Shown here: positions 35,959 through 45,698 of the stretch, one piece after another
Numbering within the stretch: the stretch's first letter is position 1
How the letters are laid out: the number at the start of each line of letters is the position of its first letter
DNA from: Phycisphaerae bacterium
Lineage (GTDB): Bacteria > Planctomycetota > Phycisphaerae > UBA1845
Direction: 5' to 3'
NCBI GenBank assembly: GCA_029260235.1
Contig: JAJDDP010000119.1
Coordinates: 874 to 64,873 of the forward strand
Length of the DNA stretch: 64,000 nucleotides
Made by a program: the position numbers and the translations under genes
Notes under the pieces: model-generated
What the model was told of the DNA's origin: nothing
Seen by the model: only the letters and a program-made list of their open reading frames with translations
Database searches by the model: none

Positions 35959-37878
35959 CTATCCGTGCAACACAACCGCTGGCGCTGCGTTCTTGACCGG
36001 CATTCTCATAACGAACGTAGCTCCTTGTCCCTTCTCGCTCATCACTTCAATGTCACCGCCATGCCGACGGGCAATCTCTCGCGCCGTGGTCAAACCGATA
36101 CCCGTGCCGGTTTCCAATTGGACATCCGGGTCATCGGCCCGTTGGAATTTCTCGAAGATGCGCGTTTGATCTTCCGCCGAAATGCCCAACCCCGTGTCCT
36201 TTACCGTGATCAGCATTTCGGTTTCTGACATCTTGCAGCCCAGATGAACCGAGCCGCCCGATGGCGTGTACTTCAGCGCATTGCCAAGCAAGTTATTGAG
36301 TACGACGGCCAACTTGTCGCGATCACCTTGCGTGGTCCCCAGCTTGGCTGAGAGATCCATCTGCAAGTCGATCTTCTTTTCATCGGCCAAGCCGCGCACG
36401 TCGCGAACCGCCTCGGACACCAAGGCGCGCACATCGACGACGTCTTCGAGCAGCTGCATACTGCCCGCTTCGATCTGGGAGATGCTCAAGATGTCTTCGA
36501 TCAATCTCGACAAACGACGCGTCTCCTTAGTGATGACGTTGTAGCAATCTGTCACCACCTTGGGGTCGTCGAACATGCCACTTGAGAGCGTCTCGGCGTA
36601 GGCCCGAATGTTGGTCAATGGGGTCCGCAGTTCATGCGTCACCTGGGAAACGAACTCTTCACGAGAGCGATCAGCCCGCACCTGTTGCGAGATGTCGGTC
36701 ATCACCACCAAACATTCATCAGCCCGTCCACGGCGGACCGAGAGCACGCGGAGCCGGTAGGTGCTGCCGTGTTCCTCATCCTCCACGTTCTTGACCGCAG
36801 AACGAAACGAACCGTCGGGCCCCTGCAGTTCGCGAATTGCATCGACGAACTTCCGCCCAAGACGCCCAGCTTCAATGTCATCCAAGGAGACCCGCGTCGA
36901 ATCCTCATCCTTGGGACGGTTCCAACCCAGCAGGTGAACTGCCTTCGAGTTGAAGTAGCGTAATACGCTGCCGTCGGTGACATGGATCAGGGCATCGGGG
37001 AGCGCATTAAGCACTTCAGCCAACTCGCCACCGCTGGATCGTTGCAGCGCTTCCTTCAACTCCGCGCTGGCCGTTGAACGCTGAGTCTTGTCTTGAAGTT
37101 CAACCACCAAATCGATTAGCGTGTTCCAGGTTTGGGCAAGGGCGCCAAGTGAATCCGCTACGCGCAGCGATTCGATCTGCTCTGACAGAGCATCAGATTT
37201 TGCTTCGAGGTGGTCAGCGATGCAGGCCATCCCCCGGTAGTGCTTCCGCATCAGGCGGTACAATCCCAGGAACACGGCAATGGCTCCAGCCATCACCCAC
37301 ATGGTTGCCGTCTGATTCGTCCAGAGACTGCCCTCGGGCGATGAAGTCAGCACGCCCTCCACAAAATGAATCGCAGTTTGGCCTCGAACAGAGATTGGAA
37401 ATCTAAAGAGAGACCGTGATCGTCCCTCGGCATCAAGCCCCAGCGGGACTACCTCCATCCATTCCGATGCCTGGCCAGCGAAGTTCGGATCGGTCGGACG
37501 CGTCGTACCGACCTCTTCGGGCCTGGCCGACACCACAACCTTACGTTGCCCGTCGATGACTCTTAGTTCGCTGCAGCCCAAATGACTTGAAATGTCCCGG
37601 ATGGCGCTGCCCTGTTCAGATATGTCTGCCTCAGCCAGCGACCCTAGCCTTCCTCCCATGCACTCCAAGGCGCGGTACTGCACCCGGGCGAGTTGGCGGC
37701 TGCTCTCCTTGTTTGCTTGAAGCAAGGCAGTCCACGCGGTGAGCGCGAGCGAGATCGCAAACAGGGCTAGCAGGCAAAATCCCATCCATCGTGGAACTTC
37801 TTCGCGGACCCAAAAACCTCTAATTCTCTCTACAAAATTCTGCACGTCGTCTATCACCTGTCCCGTCAATTTGCGCAT
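35959..37878 (-). CDS. Membrane sensor histidine kinase (2 TM, PAS-like, HisKA, HATPase)
   Basis: THELRTPL H-box, NLLGNALKY, DTGLGI, IFEKF, GTGIGL. Confidence 0.93.
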   Translation of the reverse strand: MRKLTGQVIDDVQNFVERIRGFWVREEVPRWMGFCLLALFAISLALTAWTALLQANKESSRQLARVQYRALECMGGRLGSLAEADISEQGSAIRDISSHLGCSELRVIDGQRKVVVSARPEEVGTTRPTDPNFAGQASEWMEVVPLGLDAEGRSRSLFRFPISVRGQTAIHFVEGVLTSSPEGSLWTNQTATMWVMAGAIAVFLGLYRLMRKHYRGMACIADHLEAKSDALSEQIESLRVADSLGALAQTWNTLIDLVVELQDKTQRSTASAELKEALQRSSGGELAEVLNALPDALIHVTDGSVLRYFNSKAVHLLGWNRPKDEDSTRVSLDDIEAGRLGRKFVDAIRELQGPDGSFRSAVKNVEDEEHGSTYRLRVLSVRRGRADECLVVMTDISQQVRADRSREEFVSQVTHELRTPLTNIRAYAETLSSGMFDDPKVVTDCYNVITKETRRLSRLIEDILSISQIEAGSMQLLEDVVDVRALVSEAVRDVRGLADEKKIDLQMDLSAKLGTTQGDRDKLAVVLNNLLGNALKYTPSGGSVHLGCKMSETEMLITVKDTGLGISAEDQTRIFEKFQRADDPDVQLETGTGIGLTTAREIARRHGGDIEVMSEKGQGATFVMRMPVKNAAPAVVLHG

Positions 37879-37895
37879 CTGGAACTACCTCTGTT

Positions 37896-37923
37896 CTATC
37901 GAGTTCCGCCCGCATCTACTTGA
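37896..37923 (-). promoter_or_regulatory. sigma28-like promoter at the head of the signalling/pilus operon
   Basis: Minus strand TCAAG-N15-CTCGATAG, 17 nt upstream of the ATG at 37878, with a GAGG SD in between. Confidence 0.55.
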
Positions 37924-38019
37924 CCTCAGTGCCCCAGGATAGCCGTTGCAGCGGTTGACCAAGCTCACAGGGTTTTCTCTCCTTGACCGACAAGCCGACC
38001 GCTCTTAGAAGCTAGTGCT

Positions 38020-38838
38020 ATGAATCCAAGTTCAAAGAAGAGCTCAATGGCCAACAGCAAGTCTATTATTGGAATGGTCCATGTTGATGCGCTGCCAGGT
38101 ACGCCCAAGAACATCCGCCCACTATCGGACGTCGTGCAGCGCGCGGCGGATGAGGCTGTCGCCCTAGCCGAGGCGGGTTTTGATGCTCTCATTCTTGAAA
38201 ATATGCACGATCGACCCTACCTGCTGCGCGAAGTAGGGCCCGAGATCGTAGCCAGCATGACTGCCGCAGCTACCGCGGTGCGGGCGGCGGTCATTCTGCC
38301 TATGGGCATTCAAGTGCTGGCCGGCGCCAACCGGCATGCCCTGGCCGTTGCTCAGGCGGCGGGTGCTTGTTTTATCCGGGCGGAGGGCTTCGTATTCGCT
38401 CACGTCGCCGACGAGGGCCTGATGCAGAAAGCAGACGCAGCTGATCTCTTGCGTTATCGGAACCACATTGGCGCCGAGCACATCGATGTCATGGCTGACA
38501 TCAAGAAAAAGCATTCAAGCCACGCAATCACATCTGACATTGATCTGGCCGAAACTGCCCAGGCGGCCGAGTTCTTCGGCGCAGGCGGGGTAGTGGTTAC
38601 GGGTTCTGCGACGGGTCAACCCACTGATCCGCGGGACGTTGCCCGTGTGAAGTCCGCCGTTTCCATTCCAGTGCTCGTCGGTAGCGGCATTACCGATGAC
38701 AACTTAGCCGACTACTGGGCAGCTGCGGATGCATTCATCGTCGGATCATCAATCAAAGAAGACGGTCTGTGGTCGAACCCCATCGACGATGCACGGGTCG
38801 CGCTGCTTATGACTCAGGTGAAGGAGCTCCGCCGGTAG
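38020..38838 (+). CDS. BtpA/SgcQ family protein
   Basis: IGMVHVDALPGTP, ENMHDRPY, FIRAEGF, ADIKKKHS, VTGSATG, LVGSG. Start is 38020 or 38047. Confidence 0.9.
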   Translation: MNPSSKKSSMANSKSIIGMVHVDALPGTPKNIRPLSDVVQRAADEAVALAEAGFDALILENMHDRPYLLREVGPEIVASMTAAATAVRAAVILPMGIQVLAGANRHALAVAQAAGACFIRAEGFVFAHVADEGLMQKADAADLLRYRNHIGAEHIDVMADIKKKHSSHAITSDIDLAETAQAAEFFGAGGVVVTGSATGQPTDPRDVARVKSAVSIPVLVGSGITDDNLADYWAAADAFIVGSSIKEDGLWSNPIDDARVALLMTQVKELRR

Positions 38839-38913
38839 GCGAGGGCATTCTCAACGGTAGCGTCTTGGCAGGTAGGCTCTTGTGCGGGTTGACGCGGGTC
38901 TGAAGTGCTGAGG

Positions 38914-40788
38914 TTAGTCGGCCCGATACGTAACCACCATCTCCGTCCGCCAGGTGAGGCCGTCGAATGTGGTCTTGCTGGCTGAAGAAGAAAAGAAATC
39001 AATCTGCGACAAGACCGGAACCATTTGGGCAATCAGGCCGGAGAGGGCCGCCACAGCCCGCTCGCTTGAGTTGGTGTCCTTCATCATGCCTATCAGTGCG
39101 GCGGCGGCTATCCCAGCCCCTGCTGCTTGCGTGGTCTTGCCCATGTCTGTGAAGGAGGCTGCATGTACAGGCCCCTCGATTGGCAGCCCTTCCGCCTTGA
39201 AACGAGGTGAGTCCGAAATCGATGGCGAACGCCCAGCCGCCGTTTCGATGCACTTGTTGATCGCACTCTCGGAGGTGGCCACGATCAGCGTCTGGCCATA
39301 GATGCCGATCACCGGTTGGCCAAACATCATCAGAGGCGGGATCAGCAGTTTCTTGAATCCCCCCCCTTTGACGCCCGGGGCGTCACTGATGAGTACAGTT
39401 TGGCCCAGATGCTGCATGGCCAATTCTCTTAGTTTTTCCAACCCGCTCTGCAGTTTCTCTTTGGCCAATTTCGGATCGGTGACCGTCATCAAGAGCACGC
39501 CGTCTCCATCGAGCAGGAGGGGTTTGTGGACTGCGGGCAAGCTAATAGTCAGATACTCGCCGCTGATCCACTCAAGCAGGTCTTCACGCAGGTGAAAGCC
39601 AACCTCGGTCTGGAACTCGGCCCAGCCTTCAAGCAGTTCTGCCCCTCCGGGAACCTCTTCACCGACAAAGCCCAGGATGGCTGCGTAGGCAGCCTTAAAA
39701 TCCACGCCCGATCCCGCCGCAAAGCCAAATGCTTCAACGGGCACTACCTGAAGAGGTCTATTCAAGGTCGGCCGCTTGCTAAAGATGCGGCTAACGGGTG
39801 AATCAAGGCGGTCCTCGCGCAGGGATGTGACCATATGGGCAAACTGCTGATCGCCCTCCGTTCGCTGCACGATCACCGTGTAATCCAAGACATTCAGGCG
39901 GTCGATCACCTCAGCCACAAGCGTCAACCCTGGTCTCTCCGGCGCGCCGTCCATGGATCGACCCGTGGCTGTCTCAACCAACTTGCCCAGCCCCGCAGCA
40001 AACACCTCAAAATCAATATAGGCAATCTCGTCTTCGGGCACGGGCAAATCACTGACCGCTCTTTGATACTTGTCAGTCTGGGTGATGGATCGTCCAGGGC
40101 TGTGTCCTGACATCAACTTCATGGTGCGACGGGCCAAGATCTTGCTGGTAGTGATGCCGATCAAATCGCCACGCACAAAAACATGCAGACTCAAGGGCGT
40201 ATTCTCAAAGTCCAGAGTCCACAGCTTCGACTTGCCGGAACGCCCGACCCTGAAGACAGCAATCTCGCTCATCGAGGCTGTGTAGCGGAGCAAGTCGAGC
40301 AATACCGGTAGGTTCTTCCGCGCAGATCCAGGCTTGCCCAAGCAAAGCAGCATGGCGCTAGGGTAAGGATCGAGGCTGCCGGCAATCACGAATTCACGCT
40401 TGATCATATCCTGCCAAGCAACTTGCCGGCCCAAGTCGATGATGTGATCCCACTGCAGTTGAAACTCAGCCCGATCCGCATCAGCCATCTCTGCGCTCAA
40501 GGCCCGGCCAATCGCATCTGACAAGTCAACCTGCTGCAGCGCCTCCCAAACACCTTCCCAATGCCTTTCTATCTGAGCGGACTTGGGATTTGCAGACCTA
40601 TGGACGTAGCAGAAGCACGAGTTGGGGACGAATCGGCCTAGCTTGAATGCAGGGGGTGGAGCCCCGGCGCGAGCGACCATCCCTGAACTCAGGGCGATCA
40701 GCGCCGCTATGACCGCTGCGGTGCGTCTGTGCGTACGCGACATAAGGAAAGAAAAATCGGCTCGCATGATTCTCTTTCGGCGGACCAC
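38914..40788 (-). CDS. Secreted hypothetical protein (DUF3352-like)
   Basis: Long minus-strand ORF with signal peptide (RRTAAVIAALIALSSGMVARA). The true start is probably 40743. Confidence 0.7.
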   Translation of the reverse strand: MVRRKRIMRADFSFLMSRTHRRTAAVIAALIALSSGMVARAGAPPPAFKLGRFVPNSCFCYVHRSANPKSAQIERHWEGVWEALQQVDLSDAIGRALSAEMADADRAEFQLQWDHIIDLGRQVAWQDMIKREFVIAGSLDPYPSAMLLCLGKPGSARKNLPVLLDLLRYTASMSEIAVFRVGRSGKSKLWTLDFENTPLSLHVFVRGDLIGITTSKILARRTMKLMSGHSPGRSITQTDKYQRAVSDLPVPEDEIAYIDFEVFAAGLGKLVETATGRSMDGAPERPGLTLVAEVIDRLNVLDYTVIVQRTEGDQQFAHMVTSLREDRLDSPVSRIFSKRPTLNRPLQVVPVEAFGFAAGSGVDFKAAYAAILGFVGEEVPGGAELLEGWAEFQTEVGFHLREDLLEWISGEYLTISLPAVHKPLLLDGDGVLLMTVTDPKLAKEKLQSGLEKLRELAMQHLGQTVLISDAPGVKGGGFKKLLIPPLMMFGQPVIGIYGQTLIVATSESAINKCIETAAGRSPSISDSPRFKAEGLPIEGPVHAASFTDMGKTTQAAGAGIAAAALIGMMKDTNSSERAVAALSGLIAQMVPVLSQIDFFSSSASKTTFDGLTWRTEMVVTYRAD

Positions 40789-40948
40789 GGCTTAGGCGTG
40801 TCCAAGGCAAACAGCGTCATTTCAAGAGACGGGCATGATACAGCAGTCTCTCGAACCATTAAAGGGTACCCCTCGGGTCATCGCGAAACCAGCAAAGCCC
40901 TGTCGTTTGTTGTGCGAACTTGTCACCACGCTCTGGTCCCATCCTATC

Positions 40949-40976
40949 TTGCCAACATGAACCTGCTCCGTATGAT
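40949..40976 (+). promoter_or_regulatory. sigma70 promoter of mfd
   Basis: TTGCCA-N16-TATGAT, 14 nt before the GTG at 40991. Confidence 0.6.
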
Positions 40977-40990
40977 CTGCCCCTAAGAAC

Positions 40991-43900
40991 GTGATCGAAT
41001 CGATCGCCAATGACCGTCATCTGCGCGACTTCCTTGCGCATGCAGCCAACGCCAAGGGTGGGCTGCATGTTTCCGGACTGTGGGGGTCGTCTGCGCGCAT
41101 GGTTGCTTCCCTCGCTGCGGAGCGGGCGGGAATGCCCCTCCTCTATATCACAGCCCATCTTGACGACGCCGACGCCGCTCAAGACGATCTGGAACTCTTC
41201 CGAGGTCAACCTTGCCAGCTCTTGCCCGCATGGGAGGCACTTCCCGGCGAAGGCGCTGCCCAGAGCGAAATCGCCGCGGAGCGAACCAGGCTCTGCAACC
41301 TGCTGAGGAAGCAGTCCGATAATCGGCGCACCATCGTTGCACCCATCCAAGCCCTGATGCAGGCGGTGCCAAACCCCCAAGCTCTCAAAGCCTCCACTTT
41401 GGAGTTGGCCACCGGCGACCAGAGAGATCCTTCCCTCCTTGCCGAGTGGCTTACCGACCACGGATTTGAAAGGCTAGACCGCGTCGAAGCGACCGGAGAC
41501 TTTGCCTGGCGCGGCGACATCCTGGATATCTTTCCCCCGGGCGATTCCGATCCCCTGCGCATTGAATTCTTCGACGAGCGAATCGAATCCTTGCGCCGAT
41601 TCGACGTGTCCACGCAGCGATCAATTGGCCACATCGATGTAGTCATGGTTTCAGCCGGCTCAGTTTCAGCCCTAACCCGCCGGGACCAGGCCACCTCCTT
41701 CCTGACCTATCTTCCTAAAGCGACGTTGATCGTGCTGGAGGAACCGGCCGAGATTCAAGAGTTTGGCCAGACCTTCAGATCGCGGGTGGGAGGTTCAGCC
41801 GCAGGCGTTTCTCCGGTTTTGGACGTCCTTGCCGAAGTTGTTCAACACAATGACATTCACCTGTCCAGATTGGGCGGGGGGGGCACGGACCCAAGTCGAG
41901 GAGAGTTCCACTTCGCGGTCAATTCGTTGACTCGCTTTGAGGGCCAAAGTCAGGAAATTCTCAAAAACCTCTGCCAGGCAGCAGATACGCAGGATGTGAT
42001 CGTCTTCTGCGACAACCCAGCAGAGCAGCAGCGCCTAGGGGAAATGGTCAGCGAGATCGCCGGCCGCATTCCCAAGCGATTGACCATGCAGGTTGGTCTT
42101 CTGCATGCCGGTTTTGAATGGACCCCGACCGGAACTATCTGCATAGGCCATCACGAGATCTTCCATCGTTACCAGGAGCGAAGGCGACTCCGCCGCATCC
42201 ACGCGACCAGGCCGTTAGAGAGCTGGTTGGATTTGAAGCCCGGCGACTTGGTCGTTCATGTGATGCATGGAATCGCCCGCTTCGCAGGAATGAAGTCCCT
42301 GGCCAAGGGCAAGGCTGAGGATCGAGAAGAATTCCTGAGCCTAGAATTTGCCGGCGAAGCTGTGCTGCATGTTCCGGTCTCCCAGGTCGATCTGGTCCAA
42401 AAGTACATCGGCGCCGGTCAGATCCAACCACGACTATCCAAGTTAGGTTCAGCCCGTTGGAAAAACCTGACCGAGCAGGTATCCGATGCGGTTTCTGACC
42501 TGGCCGAATCGCTGCTCCGCACCCAGGCAGCCAGGGAGAGTCATGAGGGTATCGCCTACCCAGCCGACACCATTTGGCAGCAGGAGTTCGAAAGCTCCTT
42601 CCTCTACGAAGACACCGAGGATCAGTCGATCATCTCAGCCGAGGTCAAACGCGATTTGCAGCGATCCAGACCCATGGACCGGCTGCTATGTGGCGACGTT
42701 GGCTATGGCAAAACCGAGTTGGCCATCCGGGCTGCGTTCAAGGTGATGGAGTTCGGCAAACAAGTAGCGGTCCTGGTGCCCACCACCGTCTTGGCAGAAC
42801 AGCACTACCGCACCTTCTGCGAGCGGTTGGCAGACTATCCTTTTTCAGTAGCTAGCCTCTCCCGCTTTCGCAGCGGCAAGGAACAGAAACAGATCATCGA
42901 AGACGCCCGCAAGGGAAGAGTCGACCTACTCGTAGGCACCCACCGCATCCTGAGCAAAGACGTTGGGTTCGCCGATCTTGGCTTGGCCATCATCGATGAA
43001 GAACAGCGTTTCGGTGTCGAGCACAAGCATCGGCTCCGCACCCTGCGCCAAACGGTTGACGTGCTGACCATGACAGCCACACCCATTCCGCGCACCTTGC
43101 ATATGTCCATGCTCGGTCTTCGAGATATCAGTTCGCTGGCTACGCCGCCGATGGACCGCCGGGCTATCGCCACCCAGATTCGAAACTTCGATCCGCAGCT
43201 CATTCGCGAAGCCATCCTCCGAGAGATGAACCGAGAGGGGCAAGTATATTTCATTCACAACGTGGTCAAGACAATCCACCAGATGGCCAGCGAGCTTGCC
43301 CAAATTGTTCCCGAGGCCCGAGTGATCGTTGGCCATGGACAGATGAAAGCCGGCGAACTCCAAAAAATAATGACCGCCTTTGTCCGCCACGAAGCTGACA
43401 TCCTGCTAGCCACCACCATCATCGAGAGCGGCATCGATATTCCCCGGGTCAACACCATCTTCATCAACTTGGCTGATCGCTTTGGACTGGCTGACCTGCA
43501 TCAACTTCGCGGACGGGTCGGACGAAGCAAGTACCGAGGCTACTGCTATCTCTTCTTGCCGCGAGAGCGCAAAGTTACCCCCAAGGCCGCCCGGCGATTG
43601 AAATCCATCGAGGAGTTCAGCGAATTGGGGGCCGGTTTTCAAATCGCCATGCGCGACCTGGAGATTCGAGGAGCAGGCAACATCCTCGGCGCCGAGCAGA
43701 GTGGCCACATAGTCGACGTTGGGTATGAACTGTATTGTCAACTGTTGGAGAAATCCGTACGACGCGCCCGCGGCGAACCTGAAGAAGAAGCCCTCCGCGT
43801 GCAGCTCGAATTGGGCATTTCAGGCCACATTCCTGCCAAGTACATCAGTGCTGAGCACACGCGAATCGATGCCTACAAACGAATCGTCTCAGCCCGGACT

Positions 43901-44233
43901 CTCGAAGCCATCCGGCAGGCCGAGACCGACTTGGTCGATGCCTTCGGGAAGTTTCCCAAGCCCGTGGGCAGGCTGTTGGAGTTGGCCGAGATTCGAATCT
44001 TGGCAAGCGCCTGGGGTATTCAGCGAATCACGGTGCAGGAGCCTGACATCGTGTTCGGCGTGGAAGACCATCGGCGGCTAGAGCCAATTTTCGCAGAAGC
44101 CATCGGCACCGCACGCATGCCCGATGCACATACGGTACACTGGAGGCCGCCTCGAGCTTATCTGGAAGGCGGCACGTTGCTGGCTGTACTGCGCAAGCAA
44201 TTGGCCAAGAAGCAAGAGGTGCAATTGAAATGA
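40991..44233 (+). CDS. mfd: Transcription-repair coupling factor
   Basis: UvrB-homology RGDILDIF, CarD-like VVHVMHGI, GDVGYGKTE, DEEQRFG, TATPIPRT, QLRGRVGR, RDLEIRGAGNILG. Confidence 0.97.
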   Translation: MIESIANDRHLRDFLAHAANAKGGLHVSGLWGSSARMVASLAAERAGMPLLYITAHLDDADAAQDDLELFRGQPCQLLPAWEALPGEGAAQSEIAAERTRLCNLLRKQSDNRRTIVAPIQALMQAVPNPQALKASTLELATGDQRDPSLLAEWLTDHGFERLDRVEATGDFAWRGDILDIFPPGDSDPLRIEFFDERIESLRRFDVSTQRSIGHIDVVMVSAGSVSALTRRDQATSFLTYLPKATLIVLEEPAEIQEFGQTFRSRVGGSAAGVSPVLDVLAEVVQHNDIHLSRLGGGGTDPSRGEFHFAVNSLTRFEGQSQEILKNLCQAADTQDVIVFCDNPAEQQRLGEMVSEIAGRIPKRLTMQVGLLHAGFEWTPTGTICIGHHEIFHRYQERRRLRRIHATRPLESWLDLKPGDLVVHVMHGIARFAGMKSLAKGKAEDREEFLSLEFAGEAVLHVPVSQVDLVQKYIGAGQIQPRLSKLGSARWKNLTEQVSDAVSDLAESLLRTQAARESHEGIAYPADTIWQQEFESSFLYEDTEDQSIISAEVKRDLQRSRPMDRLLCGDVGYGKTELAIRAAFKVMEFGKQVAVLVPTTVLAEQHYRTFCERLADYPFSVASLSRFRSGKEQKQIIEDARKGRVDLLVGTHRILSKDVGFADLGLAIIDEEQRFGVEHKHRLRTLRQTVDVLTMTATPIPRTLHMSMLGLRDISSLATPPMDRRAIATQIRNFDPQLIREAILREMNREGQVYFIHNVVKTIHQMASELAQIVPEARVIVGHGQMKAGELQKIMTAFVRHEADILLATTIIESGIDIPRVNTIFINLADRFGLADLHQLRGRVGRSKYRGYCYLFLPRERKVTPKAARRLKSIEEFSELGAGFQIAMRDLEIRGAGNILGAEQSGHIVDVGYELYCQLLEKSVRRARGEPEEEALRVQLELGISGHIPAKYISAEHTRIDAYKRIVSARTLEAIRQAETDLVDAFGKFPKPVGRLLELAEIRILASAWGIQRITVQEPDIVFGVEDHRRLEPIFAEAIGTARMPDAHTVHWRPPRAYLEGGTLLAVLRKQLAKKQEVQLK

Positions 44234-45441
44234 TCGACAATCAACCAAGCAGATGGATGATCAAAATGACGAGCCGCACCATGCCAAGAGTCAGCCTTTG
44301 TGTACCTATCATAGTGGGGCTGTGGCTGGGAGGTTGTTCGGGATCCAAGCTGTCAAGGTGGGGAGCAAGCAACGGAGTTTCACCGCAAGCCGGACCGCAA
44401 GGCTCTGCAGGACCCACAAACGCAGAATCGCCATCCGATCAAGTCGCGGATGGAGCGCCTTCTCTCCCTCAGGACCAAGAGCCGCAGCAAGACACAACCG
44501 TTCTCATCATCAATGAAGATTCGTTGACAGTCGAGGACATACTGGCCCCCCTTCGTCCTGAGTTGCTTGCCAAGGCAAAGTCCATGGCCCCGGCCCGGTA
44601 TCGCGATTTCTTGCTGGCCCGCGTGCAGGAACGCGTGCGGACCCAAGCCCGTGATCTGTTGCTGTATCAAGAGGCATCGCGGCGACTAGGTGAGGCACAA
44701 CACAAACAACTGGAAAGTTTCGTGGACCAGCGCATTCGCGACATCGTGCAGGAGGAATACAGCGGGCGCCAGGTCCGTTGGGAGCTAGCCATGGCAGAGC
44801 AGGGCTACTCAATTGAACAGGCTCGCGACAATGTGCGCCGTGAACTCCTCATCATCATGCACCTGCGCCAAACCATCAGCCCGCTTATCCAGGAACCTAC
44901 CCGCCGTGAACTCATGCGCTACTATGATCAGCGTAAGGAGGAGTTGACCACGCCTGAACGTCGCGAAATGTTGTTGATCGAACTGCGCAAAGAGGGGAAC
45001 CAGCAGCAGGCTAGAGATCTGGCAGAAGCGGCGCTGGCAGAGTTGAATCAAGGAGCCGATTTCGCCGACACTGCACGAAAACACTCTCAGGGCTTGCACG
45101 CTGCCGATGGTGGATCCTGGGGGTTCATCGAGCCGTCAAGCATACACGGACGGTGGGCCAAGGCGGCCCAAGTTCTTGGCGAACTGCCAAAGGGTGGCAC
45201 TAGCCCGATCATTGAAACCGAGCATTCTCTTTTTATCGTCCGAGTAGGCGATATTGAGCCGCGACAGGAACCGGACTTCACACAGATGCAGCAGGGCCTG
45301 ATGAAGTCCTATCGCGACCAACAATTCAACATCCTAGTGGAAGAGACCGTCGGCCGACTGCAAGATAGCGCCACCATCCGCCCCAAGAATTTGAACCTCT
45401 TCCTGCAAGCAGTGATCGATGCCAGCCCCAGGCCAGGGTAG
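44230..45441 (+). CDS. SurA/PrsA-like peptidyl-prolyl isomerase lipoprotein
   Basis: LGGC lipobox, parvulin FADTARKHS..DGGSWG..SPIIET. Coupled to mfd by an ATGA overlap. Confidence 0.85.
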   Translation: MIDNQPSRWMIKMTSRTMPRVSLCVPIIVGLWLGGCSGSKLSRWGASNGVSPQAGPQGSAGPTNAESPSDQVADGAPSLPQDQEPQQDTTVLIINEDSLTVEDILAPLRPELLAKAKSMAPARYRDFLLARVQERVRTQARDLLLYQEASRRLGEAQHKQLESFVDQRIRDIVQEEYSGRQVRWELAMAEQGYSIEQARDNVRRELLIIMHLRQTISPLIQEPTRRELMRYYDQRKEELTTPERREMLLIELRKEGNQQQARDLAEAALAELNQGADFADTARKHSQGLHAADGGSWGFIEPSSIHGRWAKAAQVLGELPKGGTSPIIETEHSLFIVRVGDIEPRQEPDFTQMQQGLMKSYRDQQFNILVEETVGRLQDSATIRPKNLNLFLQAVIDASPRPG

Positions 45442-45698
45442 GCGCCAGATTTGCACTTGAAATGGCTTGGTGGTGGGGAAGCCCACTTGTCACCTACTTG
45501 GCAGTGCTGCATGTCGCTGCGAGCGGCAAGCGTGGACTGGCTTTCTCGGCGAAGCGTTCGGCCTTATCCAAGACCCACCGAGAGTAATTCATGAGGATGT
45601 CTCACTGCTCCACCGGTGGTGAACAGCTGTTTCAACCCCAATTTGCAGGACGGAATCAACGGAATGGACAGTACGGGCCGATGCTATATAGACGGTAG

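Noticed and set aside
35395-36228. 277-aa antisense ORF over the receiver and kinase, and similar long shadows such as 54428-55258, 3079-3849 and 10762-11526
   Set aside because: These lie opposite well-supported genes and are expected in GC-rich DNA.
45656-45684. TCAAC-N16-GCCGATGC before the DUF362 gene
   Set aside because: The spacing differs from the two pilus motifs and a sigma70-like reading overlaps it, so it is too ambiguous to call.
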